A stretch of 62,642 bases of DNA. Origin: a virus (Duplodnaviria > Caudoviricetes). Numbering within the stretch: position 1 is the stretch's first letter; each line of letters opens with the position of its first letter. The stretch lies in the IMG/VR virus record IMGVR_UViG_3300046007_010469, positions 1 to 62,642 of that record. One strand, 5' to 3'. The position numbers and the translations under genes were made by a program. The notes beneath the pieces are model-generated. The model worked only from the letters and a program-made list of their open reading frames with translations, was not told the DNA's origin and searched no databases. Positions 1 to 9,610 of the stretch are shown here, one piece after another.

Positions 1-670
1 TGGCGTAGTCGTTCGACCGCGCTTCTAGAAGTGTCGCATAGTCATTGGCGCGTGCAGCGAGCAAAGTACTGTAGTCGTTGGCTTGCGCAGCGAGCAGTGT
101 AACACCGTCATTAGCCTGTGCAGCTAGATAAGTGTTGTAGATGTTAGCGTCTAGAGCGTTATAGGTAGAGTAGTCATTCGCATAGGCACTGAGAAGAGTT
201 GCTCCATCATTCGACATCGCTGCGAGGTAGGTGCCGTAGTCGTTAGCAAGAGCTGCCTGATACGTGTTATAGATGTTGGCGTCTAGAGTGTTATAAGTAG
301 CGTAGTCGTTCGCGCGAGCACTGAGAAGAGTAGCTCCGTCATTCGACAGCGCCGCTAAAAGGGTGGAGTAGTCGTTTGCGCGATATTCACCCTGCAGCGT
401 GGTATATGTGCTATAGTCATTCGCGCGATATTCACCTTGCAGAGTGGTATAGGTGTTATAGTCGTTTGCCTGATAGCCCGAAGCACCTCCGCCGACATTA
501 CTAGCTACGTTGTTGATACGCGCGTCTAGAGTGGTATAAGTGCTATAGTCATTCGACAGCGCTGCCAGGTAGGTAGCATAGTCGTTGGCGAGAACGTTAA
601 CGCCGTTGACGATAATTGTGGTATTTGCCACAAGGCCAGATTTAAGAACAAAATCTTTAATGATTGCCAT
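1..670 (-). CDS. Partial tail-fibre-like structural protein with 11-residue (ANDYxT...) repeats; runs off the window start
   Basis: ATG at 670 behind AAGGA RBS; manual translation MAIIKDFVLKSGLVANTT...ANDYATYLAALSNDYSTY...; late-gene context. Confidence 0.7.
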   Translation of the reverse strand, partial: MAIIKDFVLKSGLVANTTIIVNGVNVLANDYATYLAALSNDYSTYTTLDARINNVASNVGGGASGYQANDYNTYTTLQGEYRANDYSTYTTLQGEYRANDYSTLLAALSNDGATLLSARANDYATYNTLDANIYNTYQAALANDYGTYLAAMSNDGATLLSAYANDYSTYNALDANIYNTYLAAQANDGVTLLAAQANDYSTLLAARANDYATLLEARSNDYA

Positions 671-681
671 AGTAGATTCCT

Positions 682-1347
682 TTATGCACTTAGGACAGTT
701 CTAAACACTTTGACAGTATTTACTGCGTAGGTCGGAGAGCCTAAGAGTCTTACAGTTGAATTAAAGATAGAAGCAGAGAATTCCATAAGTCGAGTGCCTT
801 GATTAATCACGGCGTATTCTGTCGCATAGATATTAGAGTCATCGTGAACTAAGAAGATCTCTGAAATCTCATACTCGTTCACACTCGCGCTGTAGACTTG
901 CACTTGATACTTTGCACTACGAAAATCACTTGCGCTCCACGAATCAATAATCTGATTCGGAACAGCCGTAGAAGTGGTCACAGTATAGGTGCCAAGTCCA
1001 ACTTCGCCAATTTGTAGATCAATGCGAGGATTGCTCTGATTGATACCAACCTTTGAGTTTGCAGCATCAATGTAGAGAACAGCATCGCCAAATCGCTTGT
1101 TGCCACCAATCTGCTGGTCGCCAGAGGTGCGGACGACAGTGTTATTGACCGCGATGCTAACGTTAGAGGCGAGGTTGCCGCCACCGCTAATACCATCACC
1201 GGCAATTACATAGGTGCCACCGAGAACTGCGTTACCACTCTCACCACGCGGTCCACGAGGGCCCACCACTGCCGGCGCATTAATAATAAGCCGGTCGGGA
1301 AGAGTAGTAACTGCATTCTGGTTAACAAAGACTGTAACGGTGGTCAT
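682..1347 (-). CDS. Virion structural/tail-associated protein
   Basis: Short collagen-like GPRGPRGE; C-terminal IDSW..DFRSAKYQVQV..EISEIFLVHD module typical of phage tail proteins. Confidence 0.65.
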   Translation of the reverse strand: MTTVTVFVNQNAVTTLPDRLIINAPAVVGPRGPRGESGNAVLGGTYVIAGDGISGGGNLASNVSIAVNNTVVRTSGDQQIGGNKRFGDAVLYIDAANSKVGINQSNPRIDLQIGEVGLGTYTVTTSTAVPNQIIDSWSASDFRSAKYQVQVYSASVNEYEISEIFLVHDDSNIYATEYAVINQGTRLMEFSASIFNSTVRLLGSPTYAVNTVKVFRTVLSA

Positions 1348-1730
1348 TCTACCACTGATCCTTGTACTTCAAATCGACCTTCAATGAGCGGAGTGACGAC
1401 TCCATCACTATCGGTAATGTTGAGCTGATAGCGAGCCACAAAGGCTCCAATGTTAGCCGAGTTCGCCGCAGTCATAAACAATCGTAAATTGCCGTTCGCA
1501 CCGTCTTCACGCTCTTCGGCTGGACCGCTTAAGTAGATAAAGCCGTTAGCCGTCAACGCGGTGTTGAACTCCACGAGCAGCGGAAACTGAGGTAGCTCGC
1601 GCACCTGCAACTTCGCAGTATACCCACTCATGTCAATCGGAGTGCCAGCACTATCCCGATAGGAGATTGGCAGATCAAAGGTTGCCGCTTGTTGTAAGAT
1701 GATGTCGTATCGACCGGGAAGTGCTGTCAC
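1344..1730 (-). CDS. Tail/baseplate-associated (BppU-like) protein
   Basis: YDIILQQAATFD...DMSGYTAKLQVR...LIEGRFEV pattern; 4-bp overlaps with neighbours. Confidence 0.6.
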   Translation of the reverse strand: MTALPGRYDIILQQAATFDLPISYRDSAGTPIDMSGYTAKLQVRELPQFPLLVEFNTALTANGFIYLSGPAEEREDGANGNLRLFMTAANSANIGAFVARYQLNITDSDGVVTPLIEGRFEVQGSVVE

Positions 1731-2179
1731 TTGTCGTCATCCTGATTAAAGAGGTCATTCATGAGAGTAGTGTAGTTATTCGTATTATTATTGACCTGCA
1801 CGGCAGTAGTCGGAGCTCGCGGACGAGCCTCTTTATCCATATCGTTTAGCAGTTTCATCCAGTCAAGCAAATCACGCTTTGACCACACACCGGTTTCGGC
1901 CGCTTCGGCAAGCTTCTCATCAACAACCCGATTGATAATCTGCATGCGACGCACTCGATTTAAGTAACCTTGACTCATGTACACAGCATCAACGTATCGA
2001 CGAATCTCACTACGCTCGACAATCGCCGTCACTTGATCTGTGCTGAGACCGGTCGCCTCAGCGATGCTCGGAATGCTCTTGCCACAGAGTAGTTCGTTCG
2101 CAACTAAGAGGTGCTGCGGGTCGAGTTCTGGCGCCTCGAGAGCGGCGTTAAGGTTTTCGCTATAGGTAAGAGCTGTCAT
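1727..2179 (-). CDS. Terminase small subunit, T5-like
   Basis: N-terminal HTH; GYLNR...DEKLAEAAETGVWSKRDLLD...VQVNN..NY..LM pattern of T5-family TerS; adjacent to the inferred genome end. Confidence 0.75.
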   Translation of the reverse strand: MTALTYSENLNAALEAPELDPQHLLVANELLCGKSIPSIAEATGLSTDQVTAIVERSEIRRYVDAVYMSQGYLNRVRRMQIINRVVDEKLAEAAETGVWSKRDLLDWMKLLNDMDKEARPRAPTTAVQVNNNTNNYTTLMNDLFNQDDDK

Positions 2180-2613
2180 CGTTGGTACAGTGCCTCAAGT
2201 TTAAATAGTGCCACACCGTAGGGTGCGTTTAGTCCCGTATCTGTTTCCACTGAAAGAATGCGAATCTCTTCAAAAGCGGGATACACGCGTTTAATCCATT
2301 GCATGATATGTTCCATGTCTTGCGCGAGCAGTTCGCCACTCTCTTCAACATAGTGGTCGAGCGTATACCCGCGAGCCTCCATCGTGAGCACGTGAAACTT
2401 ATTACGGTCGCCATAGTTGAAGTAGTCTTCGCGCTCGACAGTGAGGAATATGCTCGGAAAGTTGCTAATCTCGTCAAAGAATTTGTACCCGCGATAGACG
2501 TCGCGATGTACATTATAGTTGAAACGATAGTCAGGGTCGTAGGGTGAGATTCCGCCGTCAATCTTTGAGAACTCGCGGATTAACGCATTAACGATATCTA
2601 TAGAAGTTGTCAT
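2176..2613 (-). CDS. Tail terminator protein, T5 p142-like
   Basis: IDG...VYRGYKFFDEISNFPSIFLTVERE...LAQDMEH resembles T5 p142. Confidence 0.65.
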   Translation of the reverse strand: MTTSIDIVNALIREFSKIDGGISPYDPDYRFNYNVHRDVYRGYKFFDEISNFPSIFLTVEREDYFNYGDRNKFHVLTMEARGYTLDHYVEESGELLAQDMEHIMQWIKRVYPAFEEIRILSVETDTGLNAPYGVALFKLEALYQR

Positions 2614-2618
2614 ACTTT

Positions 2619-2647
2619 ATTATATGAGATATACGCTAGATTGTCAA
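2619..2647 (-). promoter_or_regulatory. Consensus sigma70 promoter TTGACA-N17-TATAAT driving leftward late genes; probably a leaderless mRNA
   Basis: Reverse complement ttgaca-atctagcgtatatctca-tataat; ATG 6 nt downstream with no RBS. Confidence 0.8.
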
Positions 2648-2992
2648 AGAGAATTTTCAAAAAAAGTTTCAGAGTGATTAGTGAGTTATAGGCGATGAAA
2701 TCTACAAAAACTACGAAACTATTGAAGATGTAGCAGTGACGAATGAATGAAAAGCGTTGAATATATTGAAATTGACTAATAAATGGAAATTGACTAATGA
2801 ATGGAGAGTGACGAAGTCACACGTGCGGGGTCGGTTTTGCAAAAAATCCCGTAAAGTTTTCGTCCGGTAGTGGGCCCGTCAAAAAATTGACACGCAGTCC
2901 TAAGAACCGCCCAGCCTCACCCCTCGCCGCAACCGGGCGCGAAATAAAATTATTTTTATTTTTTTTTAGAAAAAAGCAATATGCCCCCGCCC

Positions 2993-3322
2993 CTAGGGGC
3001 GGAAGGGCTGGGCCATCCGACCGAGCGAGCCATGCTCGGCGCGCTGAAGGTATGCAGCCCATGCAGCCCGGCGGCTCATCACAACGGCGGGCTCGAGGGT
3101 ATAGGTGGCGAAGGCGCGGAAGGCGACATTCTTCTTGCCCTGCACGCGGTTGCAGCGGCCGCACATGCGAAGCAGGTTGTCCTCGGTTGCAGCGCCGCCG
3201 TTGGCTTCGGCGATGATATGGCCGCACTCGTCGGCATCCCAGGTCCCGCAGACGACGCAGCAGTTGTGACGCGCGAGAACGATGGCGCGGGTGGCGGCGG
3301 CGATCTTTTCTTTCGTGGCCAT
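2993..3322 (-). CDS. HNH endonuclease (pre-early)
   Basis: CVVCG..ECGHIIAEANGG..DNLLRMCGRCNRVQG; AAGGAG RBS before ATG 3322. Confidence 0.8.
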   Translation of the reverse strand: MATKEKIAAATRAIVLARHNCCVVCGTWDADECGHIIAEANGGAATEDNLLRMCGRCNRVQGKKNVAFRAFATYTLEPAVVMSRRAAWAAYLQRAEHGSLGRMAQPFRP

Positions 3323-3609
3323 CTCGGGGTCTCCTTTGCTTCCCATGCCTAAGATATAAGGCGCGGCGCAGAGGATTGCAAGAGGGAATCGAGATTATTT
3401 TATTGCTTTGTTTGCCTCGCACGCGCAACATTCTTGCGTTCACGGTTTGTTCCGCGTTCACGATTTGTTCACGGTTTGTTCTCCTGCTGCGCCGCCCGGA
3501 ACAAAAGGTGAACATGCCAATCGCAAAATAATTTTAGGAAACCTCAATTTTCCCCTTGAAGTCTGCCACGCGATGCACTATGTTCTAGGCATAGAGAAGG
3601 AGAGACGCC

Positions 3610-4095
3610 ATGACCAAAGACGACGATCTGGTGAAGAGGCTTCGGGATAGGGCGAAACAAGAGAGACTTATTCAAGCCAATAACGAAGCTGTGGCGGCTG
3701 CGTTGATGGGCCAGCGCCTTCTGTTCGATCAGGGTCATCGCAGCCCCTCCAATACCTACGCTGTTCGTCTGTCTCTGGACCACGAGAAATGCGCGAGACA
3801 GGACGCCGAGCTAGCCGCTGATTGGGACGAAGCAGCCGACCACATCGAAGCCCTGACTGAGGCCCGCGATACGATGGGCCACTTGTGGGCTAAAGAAGCC
3901 GCTGAGAGACAAGTGGCCCTTGGTCGCATTGATGAGTTAGAGGCCAAGCTGGCGAAGGCGGTGGAGGCGCTTCTCCTTGCCCGTGTCCATGTTGCCAACA
4001 ATGAGCAGGGATGGAGCGTGGGTCGGGCCTCTGCGCGATCTGACCTAGAGATTATCAACGCCACGCTGGCCGAGATTGAGGGAGACAAGCCATGA
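3610..4095 (+). CDS. Hypothetical coiled-coil protein
   Basis: AAGGAG RBS; DDLVKRLR...EAADHIEAL motif common in alphaproteobacterial phages. Confidence 0.7.
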   Translation: MTKDDDLVKRLRDRAKQERLIQANNEAVAAALMGQRLLFDQGHRSPSNTYAVRLSLDHEKCARQDAELAADWDEAADHIEALTEARDTMGHLWAKEAAERQVALGRIDELEAKLAKAVEALLLARVHVANNEQGWSVGRASARSDLEIINATLAEIEGDKP

Positions 4096-4277
4096 CCGAC
4101 GACCTCATGCTGCGGCTGCGAAACTGCTATAATCTCCTTGAAGATGAAGGGCACTATGTCAAAGCCAATACGGTGCATCTTGCTACCGCCACGCTGGCGA
4201 GCGTGCGCGACATCACGCTTGGCACGATTGAACGGCTTGAAGCCGAGCTTGCCGACCTGAAACGTCTGTTCGCCTAA
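4092..4277 (+). CDS. Hypothetical protein
   Basis: ATGA overlap with upstream gene; GGAG RBS. Confidence 0.6.
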   Translation: MTDDLMLRLRNCYNLLEDEGHYVKANTVHLATATLASVRDITLGTIERLEAELADLKRLFA

Positions 4278-4287
4278 GGGGGGAACC

Positions 4288-4470
4288 ATGGAAAACCTAG
4301 ATGCAATCCGCGCGCGGTTTCAGGAAGCTTGCAATGCCTATGCGATAACAAGCGGCGCCGCGTCGCATTACTATGAAGGCGTTATGACAGGCATAATCGA
4401 CGCCGTGGCCGCGATGCTTAGCATTAGCTGGATCGAGGCCGACGTTTTGCTAAGAAAAACAAAGGATTAG
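4288..4470 (+). CDS. Hypothetical protein
   Basis: RBS; ends inside the first inverted repeat. Confidence 0.55.
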   Translation: MENLDAIRARFQEACNAYAITSGAASHYYEGVMTGIIDAVAAMLSISWIEADVLLRKTKD

Positions 4471-4969
4471 GCGGGGCGGCGGCAGCCGCCCTAAACCTTT
4501 GAAAACGCTTAGTTTTTGCTGTCGAGGCGCCAGCCGGAACAAAACATGAACATGCCAACCGCAAAATAATTTTGAAAAAACGCAAAAAAGGCTTGACGTC
4601 TAGCGCGGGACGCCCTATATTCAATTCATAGGCAAAGGAGAGACGCCATGACTCGCATCCACTCTGGAACTACTCGCTACCTCGCAAAGATTGAAGCGGA
4701 ACTTAAAACGCTAGGCTATACTATCACCTCTCGCAAGACTTGGGCTGATGGTAAGCAGACCTGGGTTTTTACTAGATAAAACAAAGAGTTAGCAGGGGGT
4801 GCCGCCCCTGCCAACCCCTTGATCTTACACGCTTTTTCGGCGGCAGGCGCCGACCGGAGAACAAAAGGTGAACAGCCCGAGCGCAAACTTTTTTAGAAAA
4901 AAAGCAAAAAAGCCCTTGAAGTCCGGCGCGGGAAGCCCTATATTCTAAGCATAGAGAAGGAGAACCGCC

Positions 4970-5173
4970 ATGACTCGCAACGTCCTCGTCACCGCTCAAA
5001 CCGAAAAAGCCGTCTGCATCGGCGCTAACACTTGGATTGCTCGCTCGCAGATTGTCGAGATGGTCGAGTTGGATGATATGTCGCAGATGGTCGATTGCGG
5101 TGCGGTCGAGCGTGTCGGCATCCCCCACGCTATCATCGTGACAGACAAGGCAGCCCAACGGGCAGGCTGGTAA
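4970..5173 (+). CDS. Hypothetical protein
   Basis: Own promoter (TTGAAG-N17-TATATT) and AAGGAG RBS. Confidence 0.65.
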   Translation: MTRNVLVTAQTEKAVCIGANTWIARSQIVEMVELDDMSQMVDCGAVERVGIPHAIIVTDKAAQRAGW

Positions 5174-5376
5174 AAGACAATCTTTTGAAGGGCTTAAGAG
5201 GCGGGGCGCAAGCCCCGCTAAGCCTTTGAAAAGATTAATTTTTTCTGTAGGTGGCGCCGATTTTAGCATAGGGAAAAAAGCGTGTCAAGCGAAAAAAAAT
5301 TGCGGTGATGCGATTTTTCCTCTTGAAGTCCGGCACAGTCGGACCTATATTCTAAGGAACAGGAAAGGAAACGGCC

Positions 5377-5859
5377 ATGTCCTACAAGCGCGTCATGATC
5401 TTCGACCTCGACGAAACCCTCGTTGATTCTAAGCATCGCACCCCGAACCGTCCCGACGGGACGCTAGACCTTGCCGGATACTTTCGCAATAAGACGCGCG
5501 AAAATATCATGCGCGATACACTCCTGCCGCTTGCGTCGGTTTTCAAATCGCTCGACCGCAACGAAAACTATGTCGTGATTTGCACGGCTCGTGCAATGAA
5601 TTGCGATGATTTCGACTTTCTCGCAATTCACGGAATTCAATTCCACGCAATTATGCGTCGTCCGTTGGACGGTTCCGAAAATCACATTCCGGACGGACAA
5701 TTGAAATTGCGGAAGATTAAGCGTCTGATGAATCTGCGTCAATTCCGCGGTTTGCCAGTCACAATGTTTGATGATGCGAAACCCGTTATCTCTGCAATTC
5801 GTCGCGCTGGAATGGTTTGCATTAATGCAATTACTGCCAATCGGAAATTGGAGGCGTAA
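5377..5859 (+). CDS. HAD-family phosphatase (T5 Dmp-like deoxynucleoside monophosphatase), copy 1
   Basis: IFDLDETL motif I, ICTAR motif II, K, FDD motif IV; pre-early position as for T5 dmp. Confidence 0.75.
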   Translation: MSYKRVMIFDLDETLVDSKHRTPNRPDGTLDLAGYFRNKTRENIMRDTLLPLASVFKSLDRNENYVVICTARAMNCDDFDFLAIHGIQFHAIMRRPLDGSENHIPDGQLKLRKIKRLMNLRQFRGLPVTMFDDAKPVISAIRRAGMVCINAITANRKLEA

Positions 5860-6124
5860 TTAAAACGCTAACATTTTCAAGGCGTTAGGAGGCGGGGCGC
5901 AAGCTGCCCCAAGCCTTTGAAAAGATTGACTTTTCTGTGGGCGGCGCCGACGGGAACAAAACGTGAACACGGTCGAACGTATGCTGCAATGCAGCATTTC
6001 AGGCGCCGATTTTATGGTCCCTCGCGCATCGTGTCAAGCGAAAAAAAATCGTGCGGCGTGCATTTTTCCTCTTGAAGTCGGGCGCGAAGGCCCCTATATT
6101 CTAAGGAACAGAGGAGAGAACGAC

Positions 6125-6469
6125 ATGGCAAAAAAGGCTGTCCCCGCGAAACTCGCCGCCGCTGTCAAAGCGCGTGACAACCATATCTGCCGCGCTTGCG
6201 GGTTCGGCGGTTCGGTCAACTATGCCTTCGCGCTGGAATGTGACCATATCGTGCCGGAAAGCGCGGGCGGCGCAACCACGCTGGACAATCTGCAATGCCT
6301 GTGCGGCGCGTGCAATCGCGCCAAGGGCAATCGGTTCGCCCGTCAGTTTCGCGTTCGGGTCGCGACCGCCACCGAGGAAATCTGGTCGCATAATCAACGG
6401 GTTATGTGGACCGCGTTCGCGGCGCTCACGGAAAGCGACCTCGCCACCCGCCTGAGAAAACTCAAATGA
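6125..6469 (+). CDS. HNH endonuclease (pre-early)
   Basis: RDNHICRACG..ECDHIVPESAGG..DNLQCLCGACNRAKG; GAGGAG RBS. Confidence 0.85.
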   Translation: MAKKAVPAKLAAAVKARDNHICRACGFGGSVNYAFALECDHIVPESAGGATTLDNLQCLCGACNRAKGNRFARQFRVRVATATEEIWSHNQRVMWTAFAALTESDLATRLRKLK

Positions 6470-6741
6470 AATCAAGGGGTTGGGCCGTTCACGCTTTGTT
6501 CCCCCGGCCCCCGCCGCGCAGGGCGGAACCTAGTTAAAAGTCGAAAGTTGACCTTCTACTATGGCGCGAGCTGCGCTCGCGCCAATGTGCAAAGTTGAAA
6601 ATAAGTGTAAAAAACTATGCAAAAACAAAAGTATGCAAGTCATCGTGGTAGCAGACGTAAGCTATTGACGTATCACAGAAATATAGTGCTTGTGTGTTGT
6701 TGTGTTATCTGCTAGTATTAACTTACAAAAGGAGATCTACT

Positions 6742-7098
6742 ATGTCGGTTGGAAAATATTCACCTCTTTGCCCTCACGCAAGCGAGCCTAATTGGGATGC
6801 TTACAGGTTTAACTGTTATGGCGAAGTTCCTACTAAATGGAACCAAGAAGTTGCCAATTCCGGTGTTGTCTATGATGAAAAAACCATGTTCGACAACTAC
6901 GATGACGAAGGTTTTGATAGATATGGCTACTCTGCCTTTGACATTGAAGGTAACTATGTTGGCATTGGCAACGGGATCGATCGTTTTGGTTATACCGAAA
7001 TGGACTACCTGCAGGATTCGATCAATGGTGGCGATCTTCATGACGATGTTCGGTATCAAAAACCTATGACTTCTTTTATTCGCATCCAGGAAACCTAA
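6742..7098 (+). CDS. Hypothetical protein with D-x-x-G-[FY]-D repeats
   Basis: AAGGAG RBS; YDDEGFDRYGY/GIDRFGY. Confidence 0.65.
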   Translation: MSVGKYSPLCPHASEPNWDAYRFNCYGEVPTKWNQEVANSGVVYDEKTMFDNYDDEGFDRYGYSAFDIEGNYVGIGNGIDRFGYTEMDYLQDSINGGDLHDDVRYQKPMTSFIRIQET

Positions 7099-7602
7099 TA
7101 AAAACAAGGGGTTAACCACCCCGGCGCCCCGCGGGCCAAGCCCTTGAAATCATATGCAAAAATAAGGGTTGACACGCCCATTCGTCTATGCAATAAGAGG
7201 CTATGAACAGACAGGAGACTGCCATGACCGCCATCGAACAAGCCGCCCGCCTTGAAATCCTGCTCGTCCAACTGAACGCCGTTCTGAACGCTCAGGCATC
7301 TGATGCAATTAAACTCGAAATTATTCGGGAACATGTAGCGCGTGCGTCAAAATAAACCTTGACAAAGGCTAAAACTTCTGGTAAATTGAAAGGATGCTGA
7401 AATGAATACGTTTCGCCTTGTCTTGGAAATCGTTCGCACAGGCGTGCCGATTGCCATCCTAACCCTGCAAATCCTGCTGTATATTCAATGAGTTAGGTGG
7501 GGTGACGCCCCGCGACCCAAGCCCTTGATAACACACGAAAAAATACGTATTGACACGCTTCTCCGTCTATGCGAGAAGGGTTCATCAACAGAGGGGATAC
7601 CT

Positions 7603-7767
7603 ATGACCACCTATCGCTTCATCTGGAAAATCCGCGGCGGTGACATGCACGAGCAGGACTATCGCGGATACGAGCACGAGGTTGATGCCGCCGACGATTG
7701 GATTGACAATCACGGTATCATTATGGAAGAAGTGGAATCTCTAGATATTCAGGAGATTGACGAATGA
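7603..7767 (+). CDS. Hypothetical acidic protein
   Basis: Promoter and GAGGGG RBS following repeat 7486. Confidence 0.55.
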   Translation: MTTYRFIWKIRGGDMHEQDYRGYEHEVDAADDWIDNHGIIMEEVESLDIQEIDE

Positions 7768-8057
7768 GCGCGATAAAAAAATGGGCAATTCGTGCTTATT
7801 TGACCTGGAGCGTGTGCGCGGACATTACATTGATTGGCGGCGTCATCTGGCTCATCATCACCTAGCGGGGGCAGCGCCCCCGCGCCGGTGCAAAGTTGAA
7901 AGTCAATAGTTGAAGGGCGAACACAAAAAAGCGTATGAGCTCAAAGAGTTAGCAGTCTCTGCGCCCCGCCGCGCAAGTGCTTGATAATGCAGAGAAAAAT
8001 AGTTGTTGACGGCTGGGGCGTGTTATGGCATACAGACTGAGTGAAAGGGAGAGCGCT

Positions 8058-8354
8058 ATGACTGACAAACTGATCGAGCATCGTATCCGCGAACACTATG
8101 TTTCCGAAAATGGCGAATGGCTTGTTGAAAAAGGCAAGGTCAAAGAAGCGCGGCTGCTGAAAGAGGCTTGCGAGACGCTTGAACGGCTGCGGCGAGAAAA
8201 CGCTAAACTCTGGAGTAACTATAACGAGGCTAGCAATCGCTATTATCGCAAAGAGCGTGAACTTGACGGCCGCGAAAAAGAGATTGCAGAACGTGAAGAA
8301 AAATTTGAAGCACGCAAGGCTTCTTTCATTCGTGACTTTGAGAAATGGGTGTAA
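8058..8354 (+). CDS. Hypothetical coiled-coil protein
   Basis: GGGAG RBS after promoter module. Confidence 0.65.
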   Translation: MTDKLIEHRIREHYVSENGEWLVEKGKVKEARLLKEACETLERLRRENAKLWSNYNEASNRYYRKERELDGREKEIAEREEKFEARKASFIRDFEKWV

Positions 8355-8356
8355 GC

Positions 8357-8596
8357 ATGAACTTTCAAGAAAGCAAACAATTCAAGCTAAAGCACTTGAA
8401 GTTGCTGCGAATAATGCACTACCTCGGCGCGATTGAGTGGCGTGAAAATAAATATGGGGAAGCAATTCAGCATCTTAGATTGCTGCATCCGCTTTCGTGG
8501 ATTTATGCTTTGCTGCTAACGATTACATCTGTGTGGATGCAAGGCGTTCCAGAAACTATTCGGGAACTGAAACAACTGAAAACTGTGTGGTGGTGA
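8357..8596 (+). CDS. Hypothetical membrane protein
   Basis: Operonic spacing; hydrophobic segment. Confidence 0.55.
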   Translation: MNFQESKQFKLKHLKLLRIMHYLGAIEWRENKYGEAIQHLRLLHPLSWIYALLLTITSVWMQGVPETIRELKQLKTVWW

Positions 8597-8607
8597 AAGG
8601 AGAAACC

Positions 8608-8811
8608 ATGTTTAGACTGTGGAGTGAATGGGATATTGGCGAAGGCAATATTGTTTTCGCCAGCCGTGAAGCCGGTATGCGCTGGCTGCACGCTAATGAG
8701 GCTATTAAAGAAATGGCTGCTGAGGAAAGTTATGACGATATTCCGTATTTTGTGGAGGGATTGTTTGCAGACTGTTATCTGAATTGGGAAGCTGTGGAGG
8801 TTATCCAATAA
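8608..8811 (+). CDS. Hypothetical protein
   Basis: AAGGAG RBS. Confidence 0.6.
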   Translation: MFRLWSEWDIGEGNIVFASREAGMRWLHANEAIKEMAAEESYDDIPYFVEGLFADCYLNWEAVEVIQ

Positions 8812-8932
8812 TAACAAGGGGTTAGCCACCCCGGCGCCTCGGCGTCTAAACGCTTGATAATAAAGCAAAAAATAGTTGTTGACAGCTAGGGCGTGTTATG
8901 GCATACAGACTGAGCAAACAACGGAGAGAGTT

Positions 8933-9232
8933 ATGCGCTACGACTATATTCGAGTTGTTAACAACGGGCTTGTTATCGGTAAGGACAACGGCGACGAGTA
9001 TATTGCCAAGAGCCTCACAGAGGCTGCGCAAATTGTGGGCGAACAGCCTGTTAGCCCTGTTGCCACGACCTATGCGCCCGAGTATTCTTTGGGCGACCTT
9101 CACACGGTTCGGGACTTTGCTCGTGAGGGCAAAAAGATTGAGGCTATCAAGAAGTTGAGGGACACCTTTAATCCGCGTCTTGGCTTGCGAGAGGCTAAAG
9201 AACTGGTGGAAGTGTTCTGGCTCAATAATTAG
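8933..9232 (+). CDS. Ribosomal L7/L12 C-terminal-domain-like protein
   Basis: GKKIEAIKKLR...GLREAKELVE signature. Confidence 0.75.
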   Translation: MRYDYIRVVNNGLVIGKDNGDEYIAKSLTEAAQIVGEQPVSPVATTYAPEYSLGDLHTVRDFAREGKKIEAIKKLRDTFNPRLGLREAKELVEVFWLNN

Positions 9233-9356
9233 TAATAACAAGGGGTTAGCCACCCCGGCGCCTCGGCGTCTAAACGCTTGATAAGACAGAGAAAAATAGT
9301 TGTTGACGGCTGGCGTGTGTTATGGCATACAAGCTGAGCAAACAGAGGAGAGACTA

Positions 9357-9500
9357 ATGGAACGCCTGCAAGAACTTGGATTTCTGCTGCTCGGAATTGC
9401 GGCTCTCATCAGCGCAATTTCGTGGAGTTACGTCGAAATACGCTATATGCACTGGGAGATTAACAATGTGGATTACGGCTTCACAACCTGCGAGGAATAA
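9357..9500 (+). CDS. Small membrane protein
   Basis: GAGGAG RBS; one TM helix. Confidence 0.5.
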   Translation: MERLQELGFLLLGIAALISAISWSYVEIRYMHWEINNVDYGFTTCEE

Positions 9501-9610
9501 GATGAAAGACGGCTGGGAATATGAACAGTATCTGGACTTTCTCAATTATCTGTTTATTCAGATGATGAGTGATGAGCCCTATACGCGTTACAAACTGAAA
9601 GGAGCGCACA

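Larger units (their letters stand above)
3438..6501. promoter_or_regulatory. Cluster of 8 alphaproteobacterial LexA (SOS) boxes GTTC-N7-GTTC / GAAC-N7-GAAC
   Basis: At 3438-3452, 3456-3470, 3467-3481, 3499-3513, 4537-4551, 4859-4873, 5954-5968, 6487-6501; all intergenic. Confidence 0.75.

Noticed and set aside
2817-3515. 232-aa minus-strand ORF and overlapping plus-strand ORFs
   Set aside because: Shadows of the GC-rich HNH gene and regulatory DNA; no RBS or motifs
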